Source: Octopus sinensis (lineage: Eukaryota). Taken from it: 64,000 nt of DNA. The translations under genes were made by a program, and so were the position numbers. The stretch lies in contig NC_043024.1 in assembly GCF_006345805.1 (NCBI RefSeq), positions 7,626,001 to 7,690,000 on the forward strand. The letters run 5' to 3'. This document shows positions 49,660 to 63,569 of this stretch, piece by piece. The notes beneath the pieces were generated by a model. The model was not told the DNA's origin. It did no database searches and saw only the letters and a program-made list of their open reading frames with translations. Every line of letters starts with the position of its first letter. The stretch's first letter is position 1.

Positions 49660-50400
49660 CATCCAACCAAAGTGCAAATATATGGGAAACTACCACCCGT
49701 ATCATCTCTTGTGAAAGGTAGGAGAGTCCAGTTTGCTGGACATTGTTGTAGAGCTGGAAACGAGGCAATTTCTACTCTTCTCCTCTGGAAGCCATCTACT
49801 CGCGATACCAGAGGGCGCACACTCTCCTACCCGATGTAATCTCCAGGGATACAGGCATCCAGCAACAGGACCTCCGTAATGCTATGATGGACCGTGAAGT
49901 CTGGCGTAGCATGGTAAATTCCATTGTCTCGACCACGGTCGAACAATGATGATGATCGTGTATATATATATATATATACACACACAGTCGAACTAATTCT
50001 ACTATATGGCTCAGAAACCTGGACGTTATCAAAGAAGCTTGAGAGGCGGTTGGATGGAACTTACACTCACCTCCTTATGAGAGTTCAAAATCTCTCGTGG
50101 AAGCGTCATCCAACCAAAATATCGGAAACTACCACCTGTGTCATCTCTTATGAAAGGTAGAAGAGTCCAGTTTGCTGGACATTGTTGTAGAGCTGAAAAC
50201 AAGGCAATTTCTACTCTTCTCCTCTGGAAGCCATCTACTTGCGATACCAGAGGGCGCACACTCTCCTACCCTGATGTAATCTCCAGGGATACAGGCATCC
50301 AGCAACAGGACCTCTGTAATGCTGTGATGGACCGTGAAGTCTGGCGTAGCATGGTAAATTCCATTGTCTCGACCATGGTCGAACAATGATGATGATGAGT
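49660..50400 (+). mobile_element. RTE-type LINE 3' end, two tandem copies
   Basis: LLYGSETWTL..KLERRLDG...QFAGHC.R...GR.LSYPD...MDREVWR motifs with (GAT)n tails. Confidence 0.8.
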
Positions 50401-52676
50401 ACTGGTGTATTTCCACTCCCTGTCCCAAAGACAAACCGCATCACATTCAGGCTAATTTTGTTCCTTGTCAGTTATTATAAGCCTTCCTTTAACATTTTAG
50501 CATTTAATCCAGCCATATCTGGTCCTGTCTATGTGACTGTGAGTACATATCAGAGATAATGTTATCAAAAAGAGTGGGTATGAAACAATTTATCACGAAA
50601 GAATTAACCGTTTTCTTACTGTATTTTTGTTGAAATATCCTGTTTTATTTCAATTAATTCCAAAACTAATACTCTCTTTACTTGTTTCAGTCATTTGACT
50701 GCGGCCATGCTGGAGCACCGCCTTTAATCGAGCAACTCGACCCCAGGACTTATTCTTTGTAAGCCCTGTACTTATTCTATCGGTCTCTTTTGCTGAACCG
50801 CTAAGTGACGGGGACATAAACACACCAGCATCGGTTGTCAAGCAATACTAGGGGGACAAAGACAGACACACAAACATACACGCACACACATATATATATA
50901 TATACATATATACGACGGGCTTCTTTCAGTTTCCGTCTACCAAATCCACTCTTTGGTCGGCCCGAGGCTATAGCAAAAGACACTTGTCCAAGATGCCACG
51001 CAGTGGGACTGAACCCAGAACCATGTGGTTGGTAAACAAGCTACTTACCACACAGCTACTCCCACGCCTAATAAGAAATATAGTTAAATAATTTGTTATT
51101 ATTTAACTAATTTTTAGAACAAATTAACACAAAATTTTAATAAGAAATTTTGAGACCACTTCGAAACAGGCAAGTTTGTATCGTAAAACCAGGGGTGGTT
51201 GTGGGCGGGTGGGTTGGTGATAACAAGGATTAAAAAATTTCTGCTTAGGAGACGCAAAGATCATCAAATTTTTCAATCGCATCATAATCACTATAATTGC
51301 TACAGAGTTCAAAAGCAATGTATAGTAGATAGAAAGAGACAAGATGGACCAGTAGGAAAGGTGGAATTGTGTATGGTGTTGGGGGTGGAGATGGCGCTGG
51401 TGTGTTTAGTTTTGTTGGTGTCAACAGTGACATTGATATACGTGCATATGTGTGTGTGTGTGAAATATTAAAACAGAATTATTTGTGAGGGATTATCATT
51501 CCAGATAAAATACTTCATAAGCTTTCTGTTAGTACACCAGCCTAACAATATTCTGTAGATCAGTAAAGAATTCTGCATATTCTTGTGGTAGGGTCCACCA
51601 TTCTATATTGTTGTATTGACCATTATCAATACCTTGTCTTATATGTGGAAGCACTCTGTCGGTTACGAAGACGAGGGTTCCGGTTGATCCGATCAACGGA
51701 ACAGCCTGCTCATGAAATTAACGTGTAAGTGGCTGAGCACTCCACAGACACGTGTACCCTTAACGCAGTTCTCGGGGATATTCAGCGTGACACAGAGAGT
51801 GACAAGGCTGGCCCTTTGAAATACAGGTACAACAGAAACAGGAAGTAAGAGTGAGAGAAAGTTGTGGTGAAAGAGTACAGCAGGGATCACCACCATCCCT
51901 GCCGGAGCCTCGTGGAGCTTTAGGTGTTTCCGCTCAATAAACACTTACATCGCAGGGTCTGGGAGTCGAAACCGCGATCCTACGACCGCGAGTCCGCTGC
52001 CCTAACCACTGGGCCATTGTGCCTCCACCTTGTCTTATATACATGTATGCATATGTGTGTATAAATGTGTATGTTGTATACCTGTTGAGGCAAGTGAAAA
52101 TGAAAATCGATCAACATCAACGGAAATTGTAGCTGTGATACCAGGGCCGGTGGCACATAAGAGAACCCTCCGAACGTGACCGTTGCCAGCGCCGCCCCGA
52201 CTGGCTTCCATGCCGGTGGCACGTAAAAAGCACCATCCGATCGTGGCCGTTGCCAGCCTAGCCTGGCCTCCGTGCCGGTGGCACGTAAAAAGCACCATCC
52301 GCTCGTGGCCGTTTGCCAGCCCCATCTGGCACATGTGTTGGTGGCACGTAAAAAGCACCCACTACACTCACGGAGTGGTTGGCGTTAGGAAGGGCATCCA
52401 GCCGTAGAAACACTGCCAGATCAGACTGGAGCCTAGTGCAGCCTTCTGGCTTACCAGACCCCAGTTGCACCGTCCAACCCATGCTAGCATGGAAAGCAGA
52501 CGCTAAACGATGATGATATATATACTCTTTTACTTGTTTCAGTCATATGATGTGGCCATGCTGGAGCACCGCCTTTAGTTGAGCAAATCAACCCAGGACA
52601 TATTCTTTGTAAGCCTAGTACTTATTCTATCGGTCTCTTTTGCCAAACCGCTACCTTTTATCCCAAAGGTAAGAGG

Positions 52677-53085
52677 GATCTTTTCGGTTTGAACAGCAGT
52701 TTTTAAAAATAATTTCCACGTAACTAAACACTTTTAAACTTCGTATACTGGTAGAATGTATTTATAAAACATCTTTTTCTCTTGGCTTTATTGAGAAAAT
52801 TCTATAGTTTGTAAGATATTTGTTGTTTTTTTTCTTCAATTTCAACCAATCAATGACGTTCATTGAGGTTAAAAAAACATTCTGTGCCGTATGAATATGT
52901 CCCTCGTTTAAGAAACAGATTGGGTTTATTTACATTTCTGAAGAAAAAAAAGATACCCTTCCCCCCACCCCTAATCCTAAAACATATTGAAATGCAATAG
53001 ATCGATACTAGGGTCATAATTATGGGTGACAATTTCATATGACACCGCTAGTAAAAACTGCCGTTCAAACTGAAAAGATCCGTAA
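52677..53085. mobile_element. ~400-bp MITE with ~28-bp TIR GGATCTTTTCGGTTTGAACGGCAGTTTTT
   Basis: TIR at both ends. Copies at 54336-54735, 57717-58133 and a rearranged one with ~82-bp tandem ends at 56283-56770. Superfamily not assigned. Confidence 0.85.
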
Positions 53086-53339
53086 ACGATAGCAAAGAAA
53101 ATTCTAGCCATTAAAAAATATATATTTTGAAGCGGAGATAAAAATTAGTACAATGAGAATTGCTTCCCTTGGAATACCATTGCTGTAGCCGTATTAAGAT
53201 TATTTCGGCTAAAGTATACTTTAGCGTCGTGAAAATTTCGCTGTCAACTGAATAGGAGAAAAAAAAAAAAGAGTATGTTAAAAGAGATTCAAGGCCCATA
53301 TATCTTATAAACTTCATCGGCAGAGATAAAGTGGGTTAC

Positions 53340-53864
53340 TACAGAAACCCACTTTTTCGACTGCGGAGATCCCGAATCTGTAAAAAAAAAAAAAAGTCGG
53401 CATCTCAAAATTTGGAAAACGTGTTTTTGGGGTTTATAGAATCTTCAGTTTTTAAGTACGCTCCAACCGGAAAGCCCGACAAGCTAGAAACAACAGCCAA
53501 GATCCACTTTCTAAATACGAATGATCGAAAAAGAATGTAATTTTGTTGTCCAAAAATTAATTTTTACATACTTCTCTTATTTCCAAAAGACCCTCAACCA
53601 CATGTTCACTTTCTGTCACAGATGCGCTGGTGGAGGGGAGGAGTATTTATTTATTTTTGAAAAATTGGAATTTTACAAAAAGTTTTTTTTTATCCAGAAT
53701 CATAATCTCCGTATTTTTCTATATATTTCGTGAAAAAAATTTCTAAAAAAAGTGAAAAAGTGATTGGGGGAGGGAAGGGGAAGAATTAAAATTTTGAAAT
53801 GCAGATTTTTTTTTTTTTTTTGGCAGATTCAGAATCTCCGCAGTCGAAAACACGGGTTTCTATA
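53340..53864. mobile_element. MITE with ~75-bp imperfect TIRs
   Basis: TACAGAAACCCACTTTTTCGACTGCGGAGATCCCGAATCTG… is mirrored by …CAGATTCAGAATCTCCGCAGTCGAAAACACGGGTTTCTATA. Confidence 0.75.
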
Positions 53865-55559
53865 GAAAAAGACCACAGCCCTACCCTAAAAAAAAACCCT
53901 GAAAGGGGGTGCGGTCCATGTCTTTTACTTCCGCCAACTTCACCAGGTTTTCATTTCTTTTCATCCTTTAAAAACAGCGAAGGAACGTGTTTTAGCGGTC
54001 AGGGTGTTGTGCTAACGATTGTGAAATCGCAGTTTCGATTCCCGGATCAGGCGATGCTTTGTGTTCCTGAGCAAATCACTTTTTTTCACGTTGCTCAAGT
54101 CCACCCAGTTATAAATGAATTAATTTTGTGACAGACCCGCACCCCGTTCAGTGGGTGGGGATTGTTGCAATCTGTCAGTTATACGCCATAGAAAGTGGAA
54201 TAAATCCCGGCTTTATGAATCCTAGGCCCACGGCAGATTTGTTTACACAAGTCACCTAAAAACAAACCAAGACAAGCAGTCTTTGTATCTTTCTTTTACT
54301 GACACTATTATAAGCATAATTATAGTTTAATGCTCGGATCTTTTCGGTTTGAACAGCAGTTTTTAACATAATTTCTAGGTAACTAAAAAATTTTAAACTT
54401 CGTATACTGGTAGAATGTGTTTATAAAACATCTTTTTCTCTTGGCTTTATTGAGAAAATTCTATAGTTTGTAAGATATTTGTTGTTGCTTTTCTTCAATT
54501 TCTGCAATTTCAACTTCAATAGTGAGGTGAAAACATTCTGTGCCATATGAATGTCCTTCGTTTAAGAAACAGATTGGGTTTATTTAAATTTGTGAAGAAA
54601 AAAAAAATACCCTTACCTCCACCCCTAACCCTAAAACAGATTGAAATGCAATTGATCGATACTAGGGTCATAATTATGGGTGACAATTTCATATGACACC
54701 GCTAGAAAAAACTGCCGTTCAAACCGAAAAGATCCCCTAAAAATAAACTAAGACAAACAGTCTTTGTATCTTTCTTTAACTGACACTATTATAAGCATAA
54801 TTATAGTTTAATGCTAAAATAACAGATTAATTCTCAGTAATTTACTTTTACTTGTTTCAGTCATTTGACTGTGGCCATGCTGGAGCACCACCTTTTAGTT
54901 GAGCAAATCGACCCCAGGACTTATTCTTATGTAAGCCCAGTACTTATTCTATCGGTCTCTTTTGCCGAACCGCTAAGTGACGGGGACGTAAACACACCAA
55001 CATCGGTTATCAAGCGATGTTGGGGGGACAAACACAGACACACAAACATATACACATACATATATATATATATACGACAGGCTTCTTTCAGTTTCCGTCT
55101 ACCAAATCCACTCACAAGGCTTTGGTCGGCCCGAGGCTATAGTAGAAGACACTTGCCCAAGATGCCATGCAGTGGGACTGAACCCAGAACCATGTGGTTG
55201 GTAAGCAAGCTACTAACCACACAGCTAATAAAAGTTTATATTAGTTTTTAATGAATTTTTTTTTGTTTAAGGGCATTATTATAAGCATAATTATAATTAT
55301 AAGTTAATGCTCAAATAACAGATTACTTCTTAGTAATTTCCTTAATAAAAGTTTATATTAGTTTTTAATGAAATTTTTGTGGTTTAAGGGCACGAAAATA
55401 GAATTGTTCTTACCTCAACTTGCAATCAGGTACCGCCGGCAGAACGTTCACTTGTTATGTGTTGATTTGGCTGCCCTCTTCACAGCACGTCTGGACTCTA
55501 TCGCCGACAACCTAAAAGAGGGAAACTTTCGTTGTTCTTTGCCAACGTGATATCCTCTT

Positions 55560-56250
55560 AACCCTTCCAGTCTTGCGCCGTCTCTGCATTCACCTTCCAG
55601 TCAATTACCCTTCCACCATACGCCCCACCCTGGTCTAAAGATCACTTCTCCCCTGTTCTGTTTCGTAATCCTCCATCCATCCATCTGGGGGCGACGTACC
55701 CTTTGAGATCTCCTTAGAGTCACGGGGCTGGCTTCTTCCTCCCTTTCGAATACCCAGGGTTGATGCGGCCTTCCATCCACCGAAACATTATTCGGAGTAC
55801 TGATCGCGGTCACCTTTCCTATTCCCCACTGTGTTGTGTACCGAGCGTTCGGGGGCTTCACCCACACTTAATTTCCAACCTGATGTAACCCCTTCCACCT
55901 CTCGCTGCGGTACCACGTTCGGGCGGCTACATTTGTACGGTAATATGACCATTTGCGGGACCGACTCTTCGGATTGCCTCACCCCGGGCGACATGTTGTA
56001 CCAGAAGACTGCCTCCATAGGGGAGATTCGTCGGTAAAATTTTCGAGTAAATTTTACCGATTCGTCCCCTCTCAGCCATGGCTTTAATCGTGCGGCGGTG
56101 CCGTTCCACAATCTTGTTTCCACATGGCTTGTATGCAGCTCTGAAGAAGCGCCATGTGCTCCACCTTTCTAGCATCTCTCTCAGTTGCTCTGAGCACAAA
56201 ACTGCACTGGTCTCCACCAATACGAGATGTAGTCAAACAGTATCCGACCT
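55560..56250 (-). mobile_element. LTR-retrotransposon (Gypsy-like) integrase remnant
   Basis: AAYKPCGNKIVERHRRTIK (integrase NG.VER..RT.K region) followed by AVFWYNMSP; frameshifted; no LTRs seen. Confidence 0.7.
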
Positions 56251-56770
56251 TCGGCCAAAAAACAAGTCATTAAAAACTCACCGGATCCTTTCCTTTTGAA
56301 CGGCAGTTTTCAACACAATTTCTAGTTAAGTGACAGGTTGTTGTCTCAGTTTTAGATGCAACAAATGATTTTAGCTCAATAGAGGCCATCGACTGGTTAA
56401 AATTCGAAAAATTAGACTACATTAAACTTACAAATTACAATTTTCTCAAGAAAGCCAAGAGAAAAAAATGTTTTATTTTGACACCTTCTACCAGTATACG
56501 AAGTTTTAAAGTGTTTAGTTAACTAGAAATTGTGTTGAAAACTGCCGTTCAAAAGGAAAAGATCCAAAAAATGTTTTATTTTTACACATTCTACCAGTAT
56601 ACGAAGTTTTAAAGTGTTTAGTTAACTAGAAATTGTGTTGAAAACTGCCGTTCAAAAAGAAAAGATCCAAAAAATGTTTTATTTTGACACATTCTACCAG
56701 AATACGAAGTTTAAAAGTGTTTAATTAACTAGAAATTGTGTTGAAAACTGCCGTTCAAAAGGAAAAGATC

Positions 56771-57660
56771 CAACTCACCATTTTAATTTAGTCTTCTTCA
56801 AAGTATTAGCCTTGGGAGTCTGCAAACTACTGCCAGTATTCCAACCATTGCTGGAAACATTTCTGAAAATAACTTTTTTGGATTCTGCAGTGCTGTGCCG
56901 TCGAATTTTGCTTAATGTCCTCTGTTGTACCAAATCTTCTTCCCTTGAGCTTTGGGAATAGCCAAAAGTCACACAGCGCCATGTCTTGAGAGTAGGAAGT
57001 CTGACGAACAAATGGTTTGTTTTGCTTGGTGAGGAATGCTTGAACGACGTGTGGCTGATACCAGCTTCGGCAACACATTTCTTCATTCACCTATAAAAAG
57101 GTTTACATAGAGGAGACATTACAAGGACAGACAAGGGACATTTAGGGTACAGACAACGCTTCTTATATACAAGATGAAAAGCCAGATGGATTTACATATA
57201 TTATACGGATGGGACTTAAAAATATAAGTGACCAGCTCCGGCAACAACTCCTCAATAGTCACACTACTGTCTTCATAGACTATTCCTCGAACCAACCATT
57301 TCGTCGTTCCTTCTAGTCGATGGTCTGCCAAGAACATGGCTCTCTTGTCTTCTGAGCTGCGGCCATCTTTGAACCGGTCGTATCTCTTCTTTATCATTTT
57401 CCAATAGCACCATCTCCAAAGGCTTTCTGAATCTTCTCGATAGTCTGGGCTTACATATCGCCAAGTTTTTGACAGAATTTGATACAGTGTCTGTTTTGTA
57501 TTCTTTGGGTTGTGTTAGGACAATAAAACAACACATTGAAGGCGTTATTATGATTCTACACGTTCAATTACTCGGAATGTGTGTAGCGGAGTGATACACA
57601 CTGTGCCTATTCGCGTTATTCACAATTCATACTGTTTACTAAATGCGCTTAACAAAATAG
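56771..57660 (-). mobile_element. Decayed mariner element
   Basis: N-terminal HTH fragment (…KRYDRFKDGR) and C-terminal YSQDMALCDFWLFPKLKGRRF, with frameshifts. Confidence 0.8.
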
Positions 57661-59099
57661 TACTAATAATGGGGATGTATTCATAAATACGTATACCTAC
57701 GCATACACATAGACATGGGATCTTTTCGGTTTGAACGGCAGTTTTTTAAAAATAATTTCCACGTAACTAAACCCTTTTAAACTTCGTATACTGGTAGAAT
57801 GTGTTTATAAAACATCTTTTCCTCTTGGCTTTATTGAGAAAATTCTATAGTTTGTAAGATATTTGTTGTTGTTTTTCTTCTTCAATTTCTGCAATTTTAA
57901 CCAATCAGTGACATCTATTGAGGTGAAAACATTCTGTGCCTTATGAAAATGTCCTTTGTTTAAGAAACAGATTGGGTTTATTTACATTTGTGAAGAAAAA
58001 AAGGATACCCTTCCCCCCACCCCTAACCCTAAAACAGATTGAAATGCAATAGATCGATACTAGGGTCATAATTACGGGTGACAATTTCATATGACACCGC
58101 TAGAAAAAACTGCCGTTCAAACCGGAAAGATCCTAGACTTGATCATATAACATCCCTTCTTGAAAAACGATCTTTTGGCAATGAAAATAAATAGAAGTAA
58201 TTTCCCTTACACTAATGGATTGTCAACGCAAGGGTGGCAATCCTGCAGCAAAAACCATGAGATTATTCAGCACAAACGTGGTTTTCTGCTTCTTAATTAA
58301 GCAGAACTAGTTATTTAATTCTTCTTTTTTTAATTAACGGTATCGAATCGGTAAGATATTCGGTCTCCAAGAGGTGGATCTTGTGCTCTGCACCGATGCC
58401 TGAGATGAGTGTAATGTCGATATGTTGTTGGGCTGCTGATAGGTGGTTGGTGCCCGTTGGCGTGATGATTTTATAGATTTCTGCAGTTTGTGCATTCTAT
58501 AGCTTTCTGATTGGAAATCTAAGTTCAACTCTATAATATCTGGCAAAATATATGCTAAAAATGCTTAATACATCTCTGTGATTGGATTTGTTAATGAGTT
58601 GAGCACATTTGAAGCTGCACTCTTTTTACTCTCTCTTTTCACTCTTTTACTTGTTTCAGTCATTTAACCGTGGTCATGCTGGAGCACCGCCTTTTAGTCG
58701 AGCAAATCAACCCCAGGACTTACTTTTTTGTAAGCCTAGTACTTATTCTATCGGTGTCTTCTGCCGAACCGCTAAGTTACAGGGATGTAAACACACCAGC
58801 ATCGGTTGTCAAGCGATGTTGGGGGAACAAACACTTTTTCGTAAGCCTAGTACTTATTCTATCGGTCTCTTCTGCCGAACCGCTAAGTTACAGGGACGTA
58901 AACACACAAGCACTGGTTGTCAAGCGATGTAGGGGGGGGGGACAAACAATGACACACAAACACATACATATATACGACGGGCTTCTTTCAGTTTCCGTCT
59001 ACCAAATCCACTGACAAGGCTTTGGTCGGCCCGAGGCTATGGGAGAAAACACTTGCCCTTGGTGTTACACAGTGGGACTGAACCCAGAACCATTCAATA

Positions 59100-61080
59100 G
59101 CAGCAGTAGTAAAGAATAACACTAGCGCAGGCCACTGTTCTAGTATTCTTTTGACAACTTGTTCTAAAGATAGCCACCTTGTACAACTTACATGTAATAA
59201 TTTATGAGGATTTGTTTGAATAAATATCTGAAATTCTTCATATTCCTGCAGTTTCTTTGGGCTATTTCAGTGGAATGAATATATGCTTCTAGCAAGTTCT
59301 TCTAAATATGCAGGTAATTCTGAGCATGTCTTTGATGCACAGATATGTATAGAGTGAAGTGAGGGCGCGTGGCTTAGTGGTTAGGGCATTCGGCTCATGA
59401 TCGTAAGGTTGTGAGTTCGATTCCCGGCGACGCGTTGTGTCCTTGAGCAAGACACTTTATTTCACGTTGCTCCAGTCCACTCAGCTGGCAAAAATGAGTT
59501 GTACTTGTATTTCAAAGGGTCAGCCTTGTCACTCTCTGTGTCACGCTGATTATCCCCGAGAACTACGTTAAGGGTACACGTGTCTGTGGAATGCTCAGCC
59601 ATTTGCACGTTAATTTCACGAGCAAGCTGTTCCGTTGATCGTATCAGCTGGGACCCTCGTCGTCGTAACCGGCGGAGTAAATGTATAGAGTGACAGACAC
59701 AACCCTGAATAAAGAGAGAGGGATCTTTGTCCTTCAGTAATGCTTGCACACCTCCCCTCTGTCCCAACATTACACTAGCATTGTCACTGGCAAATCCAAT
59801 CAAATTTTCAAAAGGAATATCATGTAAGGGGAAAAATCTTTCAATAGAGGAAAAAATGCCATTAGCAAAGCAGTTTTTGGCTTCCAAAAGAATTAAATAT
59901 CTATCAATAATTTCTTGAGTGCTACAATCGTAAAATCTAGCTAACAGAACAAGCTGTCTATTTTTGTACTTGCATCAGGAATTTCATCAATGATTAATGA
60001 AAACTTGCATTCTTTTGACTGTTTAACCCTTTTGTTACTAACCTGGCCAAAACCCGCTCTGGCTCTCTGGTAAAATGTCTTGTTTTCATAAGTTTTGAGT
60101 TAAAATATTCTACCAAACCTTAGTCACAATTAATATTTCTAACACTAGCTTAATTATAACTAAGTTATTTTACTAAATTCTTTGTTACACTCTTTTACTT
60201 GTTTCAGTCATTTGAGTGTGGCCATGCTGGAGCACCGCCTTTTTTAATCGAGCAACTCGACCCCGGGACTTATTCTTTTGTAAGCCCAGTACTTACTCTA
60301 TCGGTCTCTTTTGCCAAACCGCTAAGTAACGGGGACATAAACACACCAGCATCGGTTGTCAAGCAATGCTAGGGGGACAAACACAGACACACAAACATAC
60401 CCACGCATATATATATATATACATATATACGACGGGCTTCTTTCAGTTTCCGTCTACCAAATCCACTCACAAGGCTTTGGTCGGCCCGAGGCTATAGTAG
60501 AAGACACTTGCCCAAGGTGCCACGCAGTGGGACTGAACCCAGAACCATGTGGTTGGTAAACAAGCTACTTACCACACAGCCACTCAAAATAATTGAAGGA
60601 AACACAGAGCATCTCAAAATAAATACAGTAGCGAAAGGGTTAATGAGATTTTCAAAGTAATAAGGGCCTAAAACATTTTTATATATTTGAGTAGTTTTGG
60701 TTCCTGCACATTTAATATTTTTAGCTATTTTGGAATCAGGACATGCATTCTGAATTAGTCCAGGTAAATGATCCATAAGTCACACAGGTAAGTTATGTTC
60801 TGCAATTAAGGAACAAAGCTTAAGACCCGCGGCTGCTGCATTTGTAATATGAACAGAAGAAGCTGTAGGCTGCAAAAAGTCGGTCAGTTTTCCACTTTAT
60901 TTTCTGAGTTAACATTTTAAATTTGTTTATCTGTTTTTCCTTGCCTCTCCAGATGAATTACACTGCCTTGAATTTCACGACAAAGTTTACAGTATACTCT
61001 TTCAATATTTGTTTTGCTTGGTTCTAACCATGATGACAATCGAGAATCCAATAAAAGTTTGTTTGATAATTTATACTCTT
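59100..61080 (-). mobile_element. Decayed hAT transposase interrupted by SINEs and a MITE
   Basis: CPDSKIAKNIKCAGTKTT, IGFASDNASVMLG, GCVCHSIH (CxxH) and SCTRWLSL motifs; one in-frame stop. Confidence 0.85.
59358..59680 (+). mobile_element. tRNA-derived SINE with a 13-bp TSD, inserted in a hAT transposase
   Basis: ATGTATAGAGTGA at 59345-59357 and 59681-59693 flanks the element. Confidence 0.85.
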
Positions 61081-61269
61081 TTACTCTCTTTTACTCTTAT
61101 ACTTGTTTCAGCCATTTGACTGTGGCCATACTGGAGCACCGCCTTTAGTCGAGAAAATGGACCCCAGGACTTATTTTTTGTAAGCCTAGTACTTATTCTA
61201 TCGGTCTCTTTTGCTGAACCGCTAAGTTACGGGGACGTAAGCACACCAACATTGGTTGTCAAGCAATGT

Positions 61270-61291
61270 TGGGGGGACAAACACAGACACA

Positions 61292-61348
<57 letters not shown>

Positions 61349-61429
61349 ACACACACACACACCACACACACAAACACACACACACACAAACACACACACG
61401 CACAAACACACACACATACACACACACAA

Positions 61430-61508
<79 letters not shown>

Positions 61509-61610
61509 CACACACAAACACATACACACAAACACACGCTCACACAAACACACACACGCACACACACACACAAACACACATATACATATATATATATATA
61601 TATATACAAC
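61270..61610. repeat. Expanded (AC)n-type microsatellite inside a SINE
   Basis: (AC)n with interspersed AAAC units at the internal microsatellite position of the family-a SINE. Confidence 0.9.
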
Positions 61611-62045
61611 GGGCTTCTTTTAGTTTCAGTCTACCAAATCCACTCACAAGGCTTTGGTTGGCCTGAGGCTATAGTAGAAGACACTTGCCAAAAGTGCCGT
61701 GCAGTGGGACAGAACCCGGAACCATGTTGTTGGTAAGCAAGCTACTTACCACACAGCCACTCCTGTGCCTTTTAAAAAATTTACAAAAACGTCTGATAAC
61801 GAGAATGCACGACACATTTATAAACCTAATAATGCTGTATCATTACTAAAAATAAACAAGCATTTTAATCACGTTACATTATCTAAATAAACAAATATTA
61901 CTTTCAAAACGAAGTAATTATGTTTTCTTATCTTAAAGACTTAAAATATATATTGAGTCTAAAAAAGGAAACCAGCTATATTTTGATTATTGTGGGGTGG
62001 ATAAACAGAAAGGCGATAAGAGCTAAAATAGTTGGAAGACCTTGT

Positions 62046-62906
62046 GAGGTCTGAGCAATAAATACTGTTGCCATAGTAACGAGGCTAAAGCACGTAGAGT
62101 GAAGCCGCTTGACACAGATTGACCTTGAACTCTGTTGTGCATGTGCACGAAGTTTTAACGTTCTTGCTCACTTCTGTTATTTACAGCAGTGCTTGGAAGG
62201 GAGGGAGGTGTGTAGCATGTGATCATTGCATTGACCATGATAGAGAAAGTTGTCATGGTGATACCTGCTCGGAGGCCTACGCAAAGTTGCAGAAAGTGTA
62301 TGGAGAGGAGTGTATGAGCTGCACACAAGTGAATGAGTGGTTCAGACGTTTCCAAAATGGCCAAAAAAATGTCGATATTAACGGATGTTCTAGGAGACCT
62401 GCAACTAGCAGAACTGAGAACATTGCAGATGTGCATGCAGTTTTGAGGGAAAATTGCTAAATCACCATTCGTGAGTTATCAGAGGAGTGCAGATTAGTAT
62501 GGTTCAATTCAGTCCATTATTACTTAAGATTTGGATAGGAGACCCGTGTCTACCAAGTTTGTGCTAAAACTGCTTTCAACTAACCAAAAAGAGACTCAGG
62601 TTTCAGTTGCACAAGATAAAACTTTTTGAAAACTTTGTGTAGGCTTTTGAGCAGGTATCACCAAGCTTTTGGCAAAGTTTGATGCAGATTCTCTGCTCAA
62701 CTTTTTCTGTCATTGTCAATGCGATGATCACAGGCTACACATGTTCCTTCCAAGCACTGCTGTAAACATCAGAAGTGAGCTAGGACGTTAAAACTTAGTA
62801 CGCATGCACAGCAGAGTTCAAGATTAATCTGTGCCAAGCTGCTTTACTCTATGTGTTTTAGATTTGTTACTATATCAATAATCTGGATAATTATTGATCA
62901 AACCAC
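62046..62906 (+). mobile_element. Mariner derivative with ~200-bp inverted arms
   Basis: EAYAKLQKVYGEECMS.TQVNEWFRRFQNG...RPATSRT (mariner HTH); 62085-62252 is mirrored by 62698-62861. Confidence 0.75.
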
Positions 62907-63569
62907 CTGTTATAACAATGGACGAGAATACATACAACGGAAAGTAAACCTTTTACTTTTGGTACTAGGCCTGAAATTTTGAGGAAGGAGGCTTGACGAT
63001 TATATTGTCCCCAGCATATATTTACAAATACACTATACTGACAAAATGAAATTTGAAATTTTGAAAAAAAAAAGAGAAATTATGATTTGTTATTTCTTTA
63101 TTGCACACAAGGGGCTAAACATAGAGGGGACAAACAAAGATAGACAAAGAGATTAAGTCGATTACATCAACCCCAGTGCGTAACTGGTACTTAATTTATC
63201 GACCCCGAAAGGATGAAAGGCAAAGTCGACCTTGGTGGAATTTGAACTCAGAACGTAACGGCAGACGAAATACCTATTTCTTTATTACCCACAAGGGGCT
63301 AAACATAGAGGGGACAGACAAAGGGATTAAGTCGATTACATCGACCCCAGTGCATAACTGGTACTTAATTTATCGATCCCAAAAGGATGAAAGGCAAAGT
63401 CGACCTCGGCGGAATTTGAACTCAGAACGTAACGGCAGACGAAATACCTATTTCTTTATTACCCACAAGGGGCTAAACATAGAGGGGACAAACAAAGACA
63501 GACAAAGGGATTAAGTCGATTACATCGACCCCAGTGCATAACTGGTACTTAATTTATCGACCCCGAAAA

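Noticed and set aside
58334-58546. 70-aa minus-strand ORF after a decent acceptor (TTTTGCCAG)
   Set aside because: No supporting donor or partner exons; low-information peptide that may be a decayed retroelement fragment.
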